A DNA stretch of 26,249 bases from Gammaproteobacteria bacterium (GTDB lineage: Bacteria > Pseudomonadota > Gammaproteobacteria > Pseudomonadales > Oleiphilaceae): NCBI GenBank assembly GCA_029268325.1, contig JAJUGC010000001.1, positions 1 to 26,249 on the forward strand, given 5' to 3'. The first letter of the stretch is position 1, and the number at the start of each line of letters is the position of its first letter. Shown here in pieces: positions 15,241 through 23,021 of this stretch. The position numbers were made by a program, and so were the translations under genes. The notes below the pieces were generated by a model. The model did no database searches and was not told where the DNA came from. It saw only the letters and a list, made by a program, of their open reading frames with translations.

Positions 15241-18200
15241 ATGCAACTTTTACCCCGAGTTCGGCAGAGTCTCCGCTATGTGCTGGGTCAGAACCGGCAA
15301 AGCTGGAGCAGTGGCAGCATTCTATATGTGGAGCTGCGTGGTGGCTGTGCCCATGACAATGACTTCCTAGACCGGCTGGAGGCGGCCCTGGAGCAGGCGC
15401 CGCAAGTACTTTGGAGCCGCTATGTGCCGGAACTGGAGCGGCTGGTGATTGCCAAGGCCCACAAGGACCTGCCCGACTCTACCGTGCTGAGGCTGATCCG
15501 GGCCGTAGAGAAGGAGTACGGGCACCAGCGCAAGCTGTTCAAGACCCATACCCGCTTCCCGGGAGAGGGCGCGTTGCTGGCGCAAACCGGATTGCAAATT
15601 GCAGCGGATGTGGCGGGGCTAGCGTTAGGGACGGTGCTGGGCCGCTCCAAGGGGCGTCGCACCAGGATGTTCACGGACTTTAACGCCTTGATCACACTGG
15701 TCGACAACTTCCCGGAGTTGCGTGAGCCCCTGGTGAGCTGGCTGGGGCGGGATAACGTCGACATGCTGCTGAGCCTGTCAGCCACCTTCAGCGAGTCCAT
15801 GACCAAGGGGCGTTCCGGTGGGGTGCTGCGTCTGGCGCTACGCATGCAGGAGTGGAGTGCGATCCAGGCTCGCAAAGCCGTGTGGCTGGATCTGGAATCC
15901 CACTGCCTGAGTTTGTGGGAGCGGGCCAGCCGTCTGCGGGGCAGCTTCCAGCGCCGCATGACACCGTTGCCCAATGGCCCGATCGAAGACTATACCGCCA
16001 CCTCCGAGAAGCTGGCCATGGCAAGCTTTAGTGTGGAGCTGGCCAACACCCATGACCTGACCAATGCCACCGCGGCCTTGTTCGCCGCGGTTCCCAAGCC
16101 GGCCAACTACGGTCGGGAAGCCTTTTGTATCGAACTGGAGCGGCGCTTGGCCAAGGCAGGAGTCTTGGTCGTGGAGCCCCGTTCGCTACGGGCCCTGGAC
16201 CGGGTGTCCCGGGTGCTGGTGGATTCCCGTCTGTTGTCCCAGGTGCGTTGCTCTGTATCCACGGTCAAACCCTTTGCCGAGGTTGAAGATCTTTATGGGC
16301 GCTTGGACCGGATGATTGTCCGCAACCGGGTCACGGAGCAGGATCGGGGTGAGGAGTGGCGGCTCGAGGCACCGAGCAAAGTTGAGGGTTTGCCCGAGGC
16401 GGTGCGGGACTGGTGGCAGGATTATGGCCTGCCCCTGTCGGATCTGAGGCTGCTGTGGCGGGGCCAGCAATTGGTGGCCGCTGCCGTGGTTCAGGAGGTT
16501 CTGGATTCCACCGTGGAAACGGTTCTGGCAAGGGTGCGGCGTACTGGAGCCAACCTGGTTCTGGTCGGTGAGGAGCAGGATATTCCCCCCAGTTGCCGGG
16601 TTTATCAGCACATGAGCTATCGCCAGGCCCGGCGCTCCATGAAGCTTTGGCAGGCCAGTGGGGAGGTGATTCTCGCGGTCGGCTGGAGCGAGGTGCTGAT
16701 GGGGGCGGACATCGGCATCGGAGCCCTGGTGGGAGATGGGCCCTGGCCCCGCCATGCCCATGTGCTCACCCGCGACCCCATGGACACCCTCTGGCGCTTT
16801 GCCATTGCCCGGGATCAGGGGCGAAAGACCGCGGAGCAAAGTGTCATCCTGTCCCAAATCGAAGCCTTCAGTGCCCTGGTCCTGTCCCTTAACAAGCTGA
16901 ACATGGCCACGGTGCGGCGTATTCGTCAGAGCGCCAATATTGCCAGTGCGATTGCCATGATCAATGGCATTCGCCTGGCGCGCCAGGTGGACGCGTTGCC
17001 AGAGGAGCTGCGTCTGGATCCGGCTCCCTGGCATGCCATGGATGTAGAAACGGCCTTGCTGCGGCTGGACTCCAGCACTGAGGGGCTGACCTGGCAGCAG
17101 GCCCGGGCTCGCTTGCCAGAGCCGGTGCCTGAACCCGGAGCGATGTTGCACTTCCTGGATGCGGTCATGGCGGAGCTGGGCGGGCCTTTGGTGCCCGTGC
17201 TCCTGGCGGGAGCGGGGCTGTCGGCCCTGACCGGAGCCTTGTTGGATGCCGGACTGATCGGCGCGGTGGTGGCCATCAACGGTATGGTGGGCGGCATTCA
17301 GCGCTATCGTACGGAGCAGCAGCTGCGTTCCCTGGATCATCAGGAGCGGCGCAAAGTGCGCTGCCTGCGGGATCGGCAAGAGGTGGCCCTGGAGCCTGAC
17401 GCCCTGGTGCCGGGAGACGTGATCCTGCTGGAAGCCGGGGAGGTGGTGCCTGCGGACTGCCGTCTGCTGGAGGGCAATCACCTGGAAATGGACGAGTCTT
17501 CTCTCACAGGAGAGTCGTTACCCGTGGCCAAGCGGGTGCGCCCCAGCTATTCGGTGACCTTGGCTGACCGGAGCTCCATGCTGTACGAAGGAACGGTGGT
17601 GGCAGTGGGGGAGGCGAAAGCCCTGGTGGTGGCCCGCAAGGATGTGTCCGAGTCGCGCCGGGCCCACTATCTGCAGCCAACGGCCAGGAGCGGAGTTGAG
17701 TCCCGGCTGGATAGCCTGACTGCACTTACCTTGCCGGTTGCGGCTTTCTCCGGAATTGGCGTCATGATTTCCGGGCTATCCCGTAACCGCCCTGTGTCCG
17801 AGATGGTCGGCGCTGGCGTGAGCCTGGCGGTGGCCGCGGTGCCGGAAGGCTTGCCGTTGCTGTCCACCATGGCCCAGATGGCCGCAGCGGGACGCCTGGC
17901 GGAAACCGGAGCCGTGGTGCGCAATCCGCGGGCCATTGAAGCCTTGGGGCGGATGACGGTGCTGTGTGCTGACAAGACCGGCACCCTGACAGAAGGCGCC
18001 CTGGCCCTGCGGGTGGTGGCGCTGGACGGTGAAGTGCAGGCCATTAACAGCCTGAATGAAGACGGCCGGCAACTGCTGGCGATCAGTATGATGGCCAGCC
18101 CCGAAGACAATAGGGGCAAGGGTCTGGCCCATGTGACCGACGATGCGGTCCTGCAGGCCGCCCGTGAATACAACGAAGATCTGTTTGACGAAACCGGGGC

Positions 18201-19803
18201 CTGGCGGCGGATCAAGGAATTGCCCTTCCGCTCGGAGCGGGGTTATCACGCCACCTTGGCCGAGCGCCATGGCAAGCGCTGGATCTGTGTGAAAGGGGCG
18301 CCCGATGTGCTGGTTCCTTTCTGTGATCGCTGGAAGCGGGGCACCGGGCGTATCACTCGCATCAACCAGAAATCCCGACAAAAGATTCTGGATTTGGCCC
18401 ACGACCTGGCAGCGCGCGGCTATCGGGTCCTGGCGGTCGCCGAGCGGGCCGCGGTGAGCGAAGTGTTGAACGAGGACAAGGTCGAGCGCCTGGTCTTTCG
18501 AGGCTTTCTGGCGTTGGCAGACCCGGTTCGGGCCACGGCCCGGGAGGCCGTGGAAGCGTTAAACCATGCTGGCGTTGGCGTGAAGATTGTCACCGGCGAC
18601 CATCCGGTCACCGCCTTAGCCATTGCCCGGGAGTTGGGTATCAATGCCGAACATGCGGTTCTGACCGGTTCAGAGATCGAAAGCCTGAGTGACCAGGCCC
18701 TGGCGACGCGGGTGGGCAAGGTGCAGGTCTATGCCCGGGTCACGCCCCGGCAGAAGGCGCGGATTGTGGCCGCCTTGCAGCGCTCCGGCGAAGTGGTAGG
18801 CATGACCGGTGATGGAGCGAACGATGCCGCCGCCATGCGTTTGGCGGATGTGGGAATCGCCCTGGGTGAGCGCAGCACCGCGGCGGCTCGGGCTGCCGCG
18901 GATCTGCTCGTGATCGATGGACGGATCGAAACCATTGTGGCGGCCGTCTTGGAAGGGCGGGCTCTGTGGAGTAGCGTCCGGGACGCGGTCGCCCTGCTGG
19001 TCGGTGGAAACCTGGGCGAAATCGGCTTTACCTTGCTGGGTGGGCTGGTGGATGGCCGCTCGCCTTTGAATGCCCGTCAGCTGTTACTGGTCAATCTGCT
19101 CACCGATACCCTGCCGGCGTTGGCGGTAGTCCTGCGTCGCCCCCAAGGGATCACCCCCGAGCAGCTGCTGGGTGAAGGGCCGGATGCTTCCCTGGGCGAA
19201 GCCCTAACCCGTGATATCCAGTGGCGTGCGGGCCTGACCACCGGGGTTACTTCAGCCTCCTGGATGGTTGCCCGCCTTCTCGGCAGCCCCCAGCGGGCTT
19301 CCACGGTCGCCTTGCTGACACTCGTGGGAGGCCAGTTGGGGCAAGCCATCATGGCCGGGCGCGGCAGCCGGGAAGTGGTGCTTGCCGCCGTCGGAACCTG
19401 GGCGGTCTTGGCGGCCATCGTGCAGACGCCGGGGATCAGCAAGTTGTTCGGCTGCCGTCCTTTGGGGCCTTTGGGTTGGACCCAGGCAATCACGGCCATT
19501 GGGGTGTCGGTCTTGGGGGCGCGCTGGATGCCGGAGCTGCAGCGTTGGAGTCAGACGGCTGTGCAGACCCTGACCAGTGGTGTCCAGGACTGGCTGGCGG
19601 ACGAGGAGGATGCGGAACTCATTGCCTTGCCGCCTCCCGAGGGTGAGGAATCAGAAGCCCCATTGACCCAATGGCTGCCGGATCTGGCGGAGTGGTTGCG
19701 TACACCGGAGCGGATGGTGCGGGACATGCAGGCTTGGTTTGTCGGGGAGGAGGCCGAAACTGAGGCACCAGCGCTTGAAGGGGAGTATCGGGTGCTGCAC
19801 TGA
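15241..19803 (+). CDS. Very long cation-translocating P-type ATPase (CtpH/CtpI-like): P2A-type C-terminal half plus degenerate N-terminal ATPase copy
   Basis: TGES, PEGL, DKTGTLT (17971-17991), KGAP, TGDH and GDGAND (18808-18825). ATG 15241 follows AAGGA; 1520 aa. Confidence 0.92.
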   Translation: MQLLPRVRQSLRYVLGQNRQSWSSGSILYVELRGGCAHDNDFLDRLEAALEQAPQVLWSRYVPELERLVIAKAHKDLPDSTVLRLIRAVEKEYGHQRKLFKTHTRFPGEGALLAQTGLQIAADVAGLALGTVLGRSKGRRTRMFTDFNALITLVDNFPELREPLVSWLGRDNVDMLLSLSATFSESMTKGRSGGVLRLALRMQEWSAIQARKAVWLDLESHCLSLWERASRLRGSFQRRMTPLPNGPIEDYTATSEKLAMASFSVELANTHDLTNATAALFAAVPKPANYGREAFCIELERRLAKAGVLVVEPRSLRALDRVSRVLVDSRLLSQVRCSVSTVKPFAEVEDLYGRLDRMIVRNRVTEQDRGEEWRLEAPSKVEGLPEAVRDWWQDYGLPLSDLRLLWRGQQLVAAAVVQEVLDSTVETVLARVRRTGANLVLVGEEQDIPPSCRVYQHMSYRQARRSMKLWQASGEVILAVGWSEVLMGADIGIGALVGDGPWPRHAHVLTRDPMDTLWRFAIARDQGRKTAEQSVILSQIEAFSALVLSLNKLNMATVRRIRQSANIASAIAMINGIRLARQVDALPEELRLDPAPWHAMDVETALLRLDSSTEGLTWQQARARLPEPVPEPGAMLHFLDAVMAELGGPLVPVLLAGAGLSALTGALLDAGLIGAVVAINGMVGGIQRYRTEQQLRSLDHQERRKVRCLRDRQEVALEPDALVPGDVILLEAGEVVPADCRLLEGNHLEMDESSLTGESLPVAKRVRPSYSVTLADRSSMLYEGTVVAVGEAKALVVARKDVSESRRAHYLQPTARSGVESRLDSLTALTLPVAAFSGIGVMISGLSRNRPVSEMVGAGVSLAVAAVPEGLPLLSTMAQMAAAGRLAETGAVVRNPRAIEALGRMTVLCADKTGTLTEGALALRVVALDGEVQAINSLNEDGRQLLAISMMASPEDNRGKGLAHVTDDAVLQAAREYNEDLFDETGAWRRIKELPFRSERGYHATLAERHGKRWICVKGAPDVLVPFCDRWKRGTGRITRINQKSRQKILDLAHDLAARGYRVLAVAERAAVSEVLNEDKVERLVFRGFLALADPVRATAREAVEALNHAGVGVKIVTGDHPVTALAIARELGINAEHAVLTGSEIESLSDQALATRVGKVQVYARVTPRQKARIVAALQRSGEVVGMTGDGANDAAAMRLADVGIALGERSTAAARAAADLLVIDGRIETIVAAVLEGRALWSSVRDAVALLVGGNLGEIGFTLLGGLVDGRSPLNARQLLLVNLLTDTLPALAVVLRRPQGITPEQLLGEGPDASLGEALTRDIQWRAGLTTGVTSASWMVARLLGSPQRASTVALLTLVGGQLGQAIMAGRGSREVVLAAVGTWAVLAAIVQTPGISKLFGCRPLGPLGWTQAITAIGVSVLGARWMPELQRWSQTAVQTLTSGVQDWLADEEDAELIALPPPEGEESEAPLTQWLPDLAEWLRTPERMVRDMQAWFVGEEAETEAPALEGEYRVLH

Positions 19804-19826
19804 GCGGCCAAAGCAGAGGCCGCTCA
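19801..19826. terminator. Hairpin between the convergent ATPase and slyD genes
   Basis: TGAGCGGCC-aaagcaga-GGCCGCTCA, a perfect 9-bp stem overlapping the ATPase stop. No U-tract. Confidence 0.4.
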
Positions 19827-19843
19827 GGAGACGGTCTTAAGTC

Positions 19844-20335
19844 TTAGTGGTGATGGTGTCCATCTGGCCCATGGGCGTGGCCGTGGTCGATTTCCTCTTC
19901 GGTGGCATCACGGATGTCCTTGATGGTGACCGAGAAGGTGAGGGTTTGGCCTGCCAGGGGATGGTTCACATCCACGTCAATCGAGAACTTGCCGACTTTG
20001 ACCACGGTGACGGTCTGCTGGGTGCCATCCTTCATTTGCAGGGTGACCTGACTGCCGGGTTTCAGGCCTTTGACTCCCCCCACATATTTGGCGGGAATCC
20101 GCTGGATGTGCCCTTCGGTCTGGACTTCCCCATAGGCATCGGCCGGTTCCAGGGTCAGTTCGATCTGGTCGCCCACGTCTTTGCCGGTCAAGGCTTCCTC
20201 AATCTTGGGCAGGATGTTTTCTGCACCGTGCAGATAGCTCATGGGAGCGCTTTCATCGGCTTTTTCCACAACTTCGCCTTGAGTGTTCTTGACCTCGTAG
20301 ACGACGGTGACAACTTTGTTAGCTTCAACCGGCAT
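19844..20335 (-). CDS. slyD: FKBP-type peptidyl-prolyl isomerase SlyD with a short His-rich tail
   Basis: VVTVVYEV, YLHGAENILPKIEEALTGK, EPADAYGE, DVNHPLAGQTLTF.V.I.DIRDAT.EEI.HGHAHGPDGHHHH; ATG 20335 after GGAGA. Confidence 0.92.
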   Translation of the reverse strand: MPVEANKVVTVVYEVKNTQGEVVEKADESAPMSYLHGAENILPKIEEALTGKDVGDQIELTLEPADAYGEVQTEGHIQRIPAKYVGGVKGLKPGSQVTLQMKDGTQQTVTVVKVGKFSIDVDVNHPLAGQTLTFSVTIKDIRDATEEEIDHGHAHGPDGHHHH

Positions 20336-20683
20336 GTTTTGATCTCCAAAATTCAAGTGTGTGCATTGTAGTGATTTGCTCCATGCTCGGCCAGCGTCTT
20401 TGGGGACGCTGAGCACTGTAGAAAGCAGCGGTTATGGCGTGGAGGTGAGGGGTAACACCGGAAGCCGCAGGAGAAGGCTTGTAGATGGCAGAAGGGGCAT
20501 GGAGAAACCGGATAAAGCATGCAGAGCTTCTCCAACCTCGCAGTGGATGCTTGGTCTGGCCGGCGTGGCAGGATAAGATTTTGGGAAGGGTTGTGCGCTA
20601 GGAAGGGAAACGAACGCCCAACCCCAATGCCCGGGAAGCGGCGGTTCAAGCAACTGAATAGAAGGGAGGCTTTTCAGACAGTT

Positions 20684-21019
20684 ATGAAATATCCAATTGC
20701 GGAGAAAGAACTGATTGCCTGTCATCCCGATGGCGAGCGCCAGCGGGTCAAGATCCAGGTCGGACGTCCATTTCGACTGGAGCGTTATGAGTGGGCAGTG
20801 TCGGTCCATCTGGAAGGGCTTTACCATAGTCTGCCGGATGTGCACGGCGAGGATTCCTATGAGGCCCTGGCGCTCAGTTTTGCGTTACTGCACCGGTTGC
20901 TGAGGGAGTTCGTGGAGCAGGGGGGCCAGCTGTGGGAGAAGGATGGCAAGACACCTTTTGAAGCGGGCTTCCCCTCGGTCCAGTGGAACACGGAGCAGTT
21001 GACCCGCACCTATTCCTGA
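20684..21019 (+). CDS. Small hypothetical protein (DUF6968-like)
   Basis: IAEKEL...VKIQVGRP...WAVSVHLEGL...HGEDSYEALALS matches my recollection of the DUF6968 pattern; start at ATG 20684. Confidence 0.6.
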   Translation: MKYPIAEKELIACHPDGERQRVKIQVGRPFRLERYEWAVSVHLEGLYHSLPDVHGEDSYEALALSFALLHRLLREFVEQGGQLWEKDGKTPFEAGFPSVQWNTEQLTRTYS

Positions 21020-21079
21020 TAGGTTTTCCGATTCGCCAGTCCTTCCGTTACTGGGGCCTCTGGGTCCATGCCCGGCATG

Positions 21080-21505
21080 TTAATCAGGGCTGGCAATGAT
21101 CAGGGAAGACAGGAGGGCAAACACCACAAACAGGACGCTCACGGTATTGATAAAGGTGAAGGCATAGAACCGGAAGCGTTTCGGTGGGCCCTTGAAGGTG
21201 GAAGTTTCCAGCCAGGGCAGCAGGAAATAGAGCAAATTGGCGGTGACCAGGAGGGCGACGTTGGACCGCAGGCCCAGCCAAATGCGTTGGGACAACTCAT
21301 TCCAGCCGCTATAGGCCTCGCCATAGCCGGCCCCCAGTATCAGAACCTGGCCAAGCAGCAGGCAGCCGATCAGGCGCAGGTTGTATCCCAGGCGGTGCCG
21401 ATTCCACCAGCGCAAGGCTGACAGTTCCATCTGGTCCTGGCGACCAGCGAAAAACCAGCGCGTGAGCTGCAGGAAGCGGTTAGTCTGAGTCATAGAGGGT
21501 TCCAT
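21080..21505 (-). CDS. Hypothetical membrane protein (about 3 TM helices)
   Basis: ATG 21505 lies 9 nt after AGGAG; WWNRHRLGYNLRLIG..., ANLLYFLLPWLE and a C-terminal hydrophobic helix. Confidence 0.65.
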   Translation of the reverse strand: MEPSMTQTNRFLQLTRWFFAGRQDQMELSALRWWNRHRLGYNLRLIGCLLLGQVLILGAGYGEAYSGWNELSQRIWLGLRSNVALLVTANLLYFLLPWLETSTFKGPPKRFRFYAFTFINTVSVLFVVFALLSSLIIASPD

Positions 21506-21607
21506 GGCTCGCATCTCCTAGACGATTTTATCGAGACGGCCAAACTGCAGAAGGGGGCAGGGCGGTTAACCCTATACTGCATGGCTTTTATCTATTCGTC
21601 CAGAGGG

Positions 21608-22936
21608 CTACTCATCCAAGGGCTCGACCAGGCGGCCCTGGAATCCTAGGCGCCGGGCTGTCTGGCGGAAGGCGGGAAAGTGGTTCAGGTCCGCTTCACC
21701 ATGCTCCAGCAGGACCAGGGCTTCGACCAGGCAGCCGGGAATGTCCCGGTTGTTCCAGGCGGGCATGCGCGGCCACATGGAAAACAGGTGGTGGGTCAGG
21801 ACAATCTTCTGGGTTTGGATGCGGTGGCTCTCCAGCAGTTCCCGCACTTCCAGGCTGATGCAGGGATGGGTGTCGTCGGCAATCAGGGCGCCTGGCGGCA
21901 GGGCATCGACCAGATCACGGATCACATCGCCATGGTGGGTGAGGGCGACGAACAGCCGGTGATCCGCTAGGCGTGCCCGGTCGGCAGTACGGATGATGGT
22001 GCCCTGACCCCGATCCAGGCGTTGCTCTTCCTGATAGCGGGGATCGAAGCCATAGACCTTGGGAAACAGGTCCAGCAGATCCTCGCAGACCATGTTACCG
22101 ATCCGCCCCGCTCCTCCCAGGACGGTAATGCCCTGCTCGTGTTGGTAGGGGGTCATTTCCTTCATTTTACGCACCGCTTCCCAAATCATGTACCGGGTGC
22201 CCATGGAGCCATCCACGAGGGGCGGCTCAATGGGAATACCCGCCTTCATGGTGAAGTTGGGCAGGCGTCCCACCAGGGCAATACAGGTGACATCCGGAAA
22301 GTCCCGACGCAAGTGGCCGATGTATTCCCGCACTTTATCGGAGTCCTGGGCCAGTTCACTTTCCAGGTATTTGGAGGCGACCAACAGTCCACGGCGGCCC
22401 CGGTTCCGGATCACGCCTCCGATAATGGTATTGGGCAACAGCTTTTCCATGGTGGGTGTGTAATAGGTCTGCACGTCCCGGGCTGAGCCATAAACCGCAA
22501 CCAGGACGCTGGGCCGGACCCATTTCAGCAGCAAGGGGCGCAGCAGGGTATTGGCTCCCAGCACGCCGGCCCGGCGGCTTCCCTTCCAGGCGGCGCGCCG
22601 GAAATAGACCCGGGCCCGTTGGGAAAGTGGGGCGGCCTGAACGAGATTATCAATATCATTGTCGGTAAGGCGAACCCGATGGAGTTTGAGACCGACATGA
22701 CTCTTGCCCACATGGACGACCCGTGCCGGCACTTTAAAATTGCCGGGTCGATTGAACTGGATATTGAGGGCTTGGCCGGGTTCCAGGGCGATGTCTTCCG
22801 GCTTTGCCAGGCGCAGGCCACTGAACGAGAGGTTGAGCGTACTGGTGCTCAGGCTCTGGTCGGCAACATCGACCGTCACGGGAATCCGGATCCCGGTTCG
22901 GAAGTGTCTCCGATATTCTCCATGAGAGGTTTTCAT
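21608..22936 (-). CDS. PilZ domain fused to an acyl-ACP-reductase-like (AAR/COG5322-like) NAD(P)-binding oxidoreductase
   Basis: PilZ motifs RRHFR (22898-22912) and NLSFSG (22817-22834); Rossmann VLGGAGRIG (22097-22123); AAR-like blocks LVDGSMGTRYMI, LIADDTHP, IPGCLVEALVL and ARRLGFQ. Confidence 0.8.
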   Translation of the reverse strand: MKTSHGEYRRHFRTGIRIPVTVDVADQSLSTSTLNLSFSGLRLAKPEDIALEPGQALNIQFNRPGNFKVPARVVHVGKSHVGLKLHRVRLTDNDIDNLVQAAPLSQRARVYFRRAAWKGSRRAGVLGANTLLRPLLLKWVRPSVLVAVYGSARDVQTYYTPTMEKLLPNTIIGGVIRNRGRRGLLVASKYLESELAQDSDKVREYIGHLRRDFPDVTCIALVGRLPNFTMKAGIPIEPPLVDGSMGTRYMIWEAVRKMKEMTPYQHEQGITVLGGAGRIGNMVCEDLLDLFPKVYGFDPRYQEEQRLDRGQGTIIRTADRARLADHRLFVALTHHGDVIRDLVDALPPGALIADDTHPCISLEVRELLESHRIQTQKIVLTHHLFSMWPRMPAWNNRDIPGCLVEALVLLEHGEADLNHFPAFRQTARRLGFQGRLVEPLDE

Positions 22937-23021
22937 AGGCAACTTGGATATGCTCGACGTTAATGGGTGTCAGTTTTATTGTGGGCTAGAGCGATATAGA
23001 GCCAAAGGAAAGGGGTGATGA

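Noticed and set aside
10965-19803. Possible actinobacterial or DosR-like island (COG1926 PRTase, CtpH/I-like ATPase)
   Set aside because: No integrase, IS, flanking repeats or GC shift in these genes, and the families are widespread. Only a phylogeny could support transfer.
19844-19885. Poly-His tail suggesting a novel metal-binding protein
   Set aside because: This is the ordinary short His tail of SlyD homologs.
21608-22510. Cyanobacterial-type alkane biosynthesis pathway
   Set aside because: No aldehyde-deformylating oxygenase is visible in the window, so the end product cannot be called.
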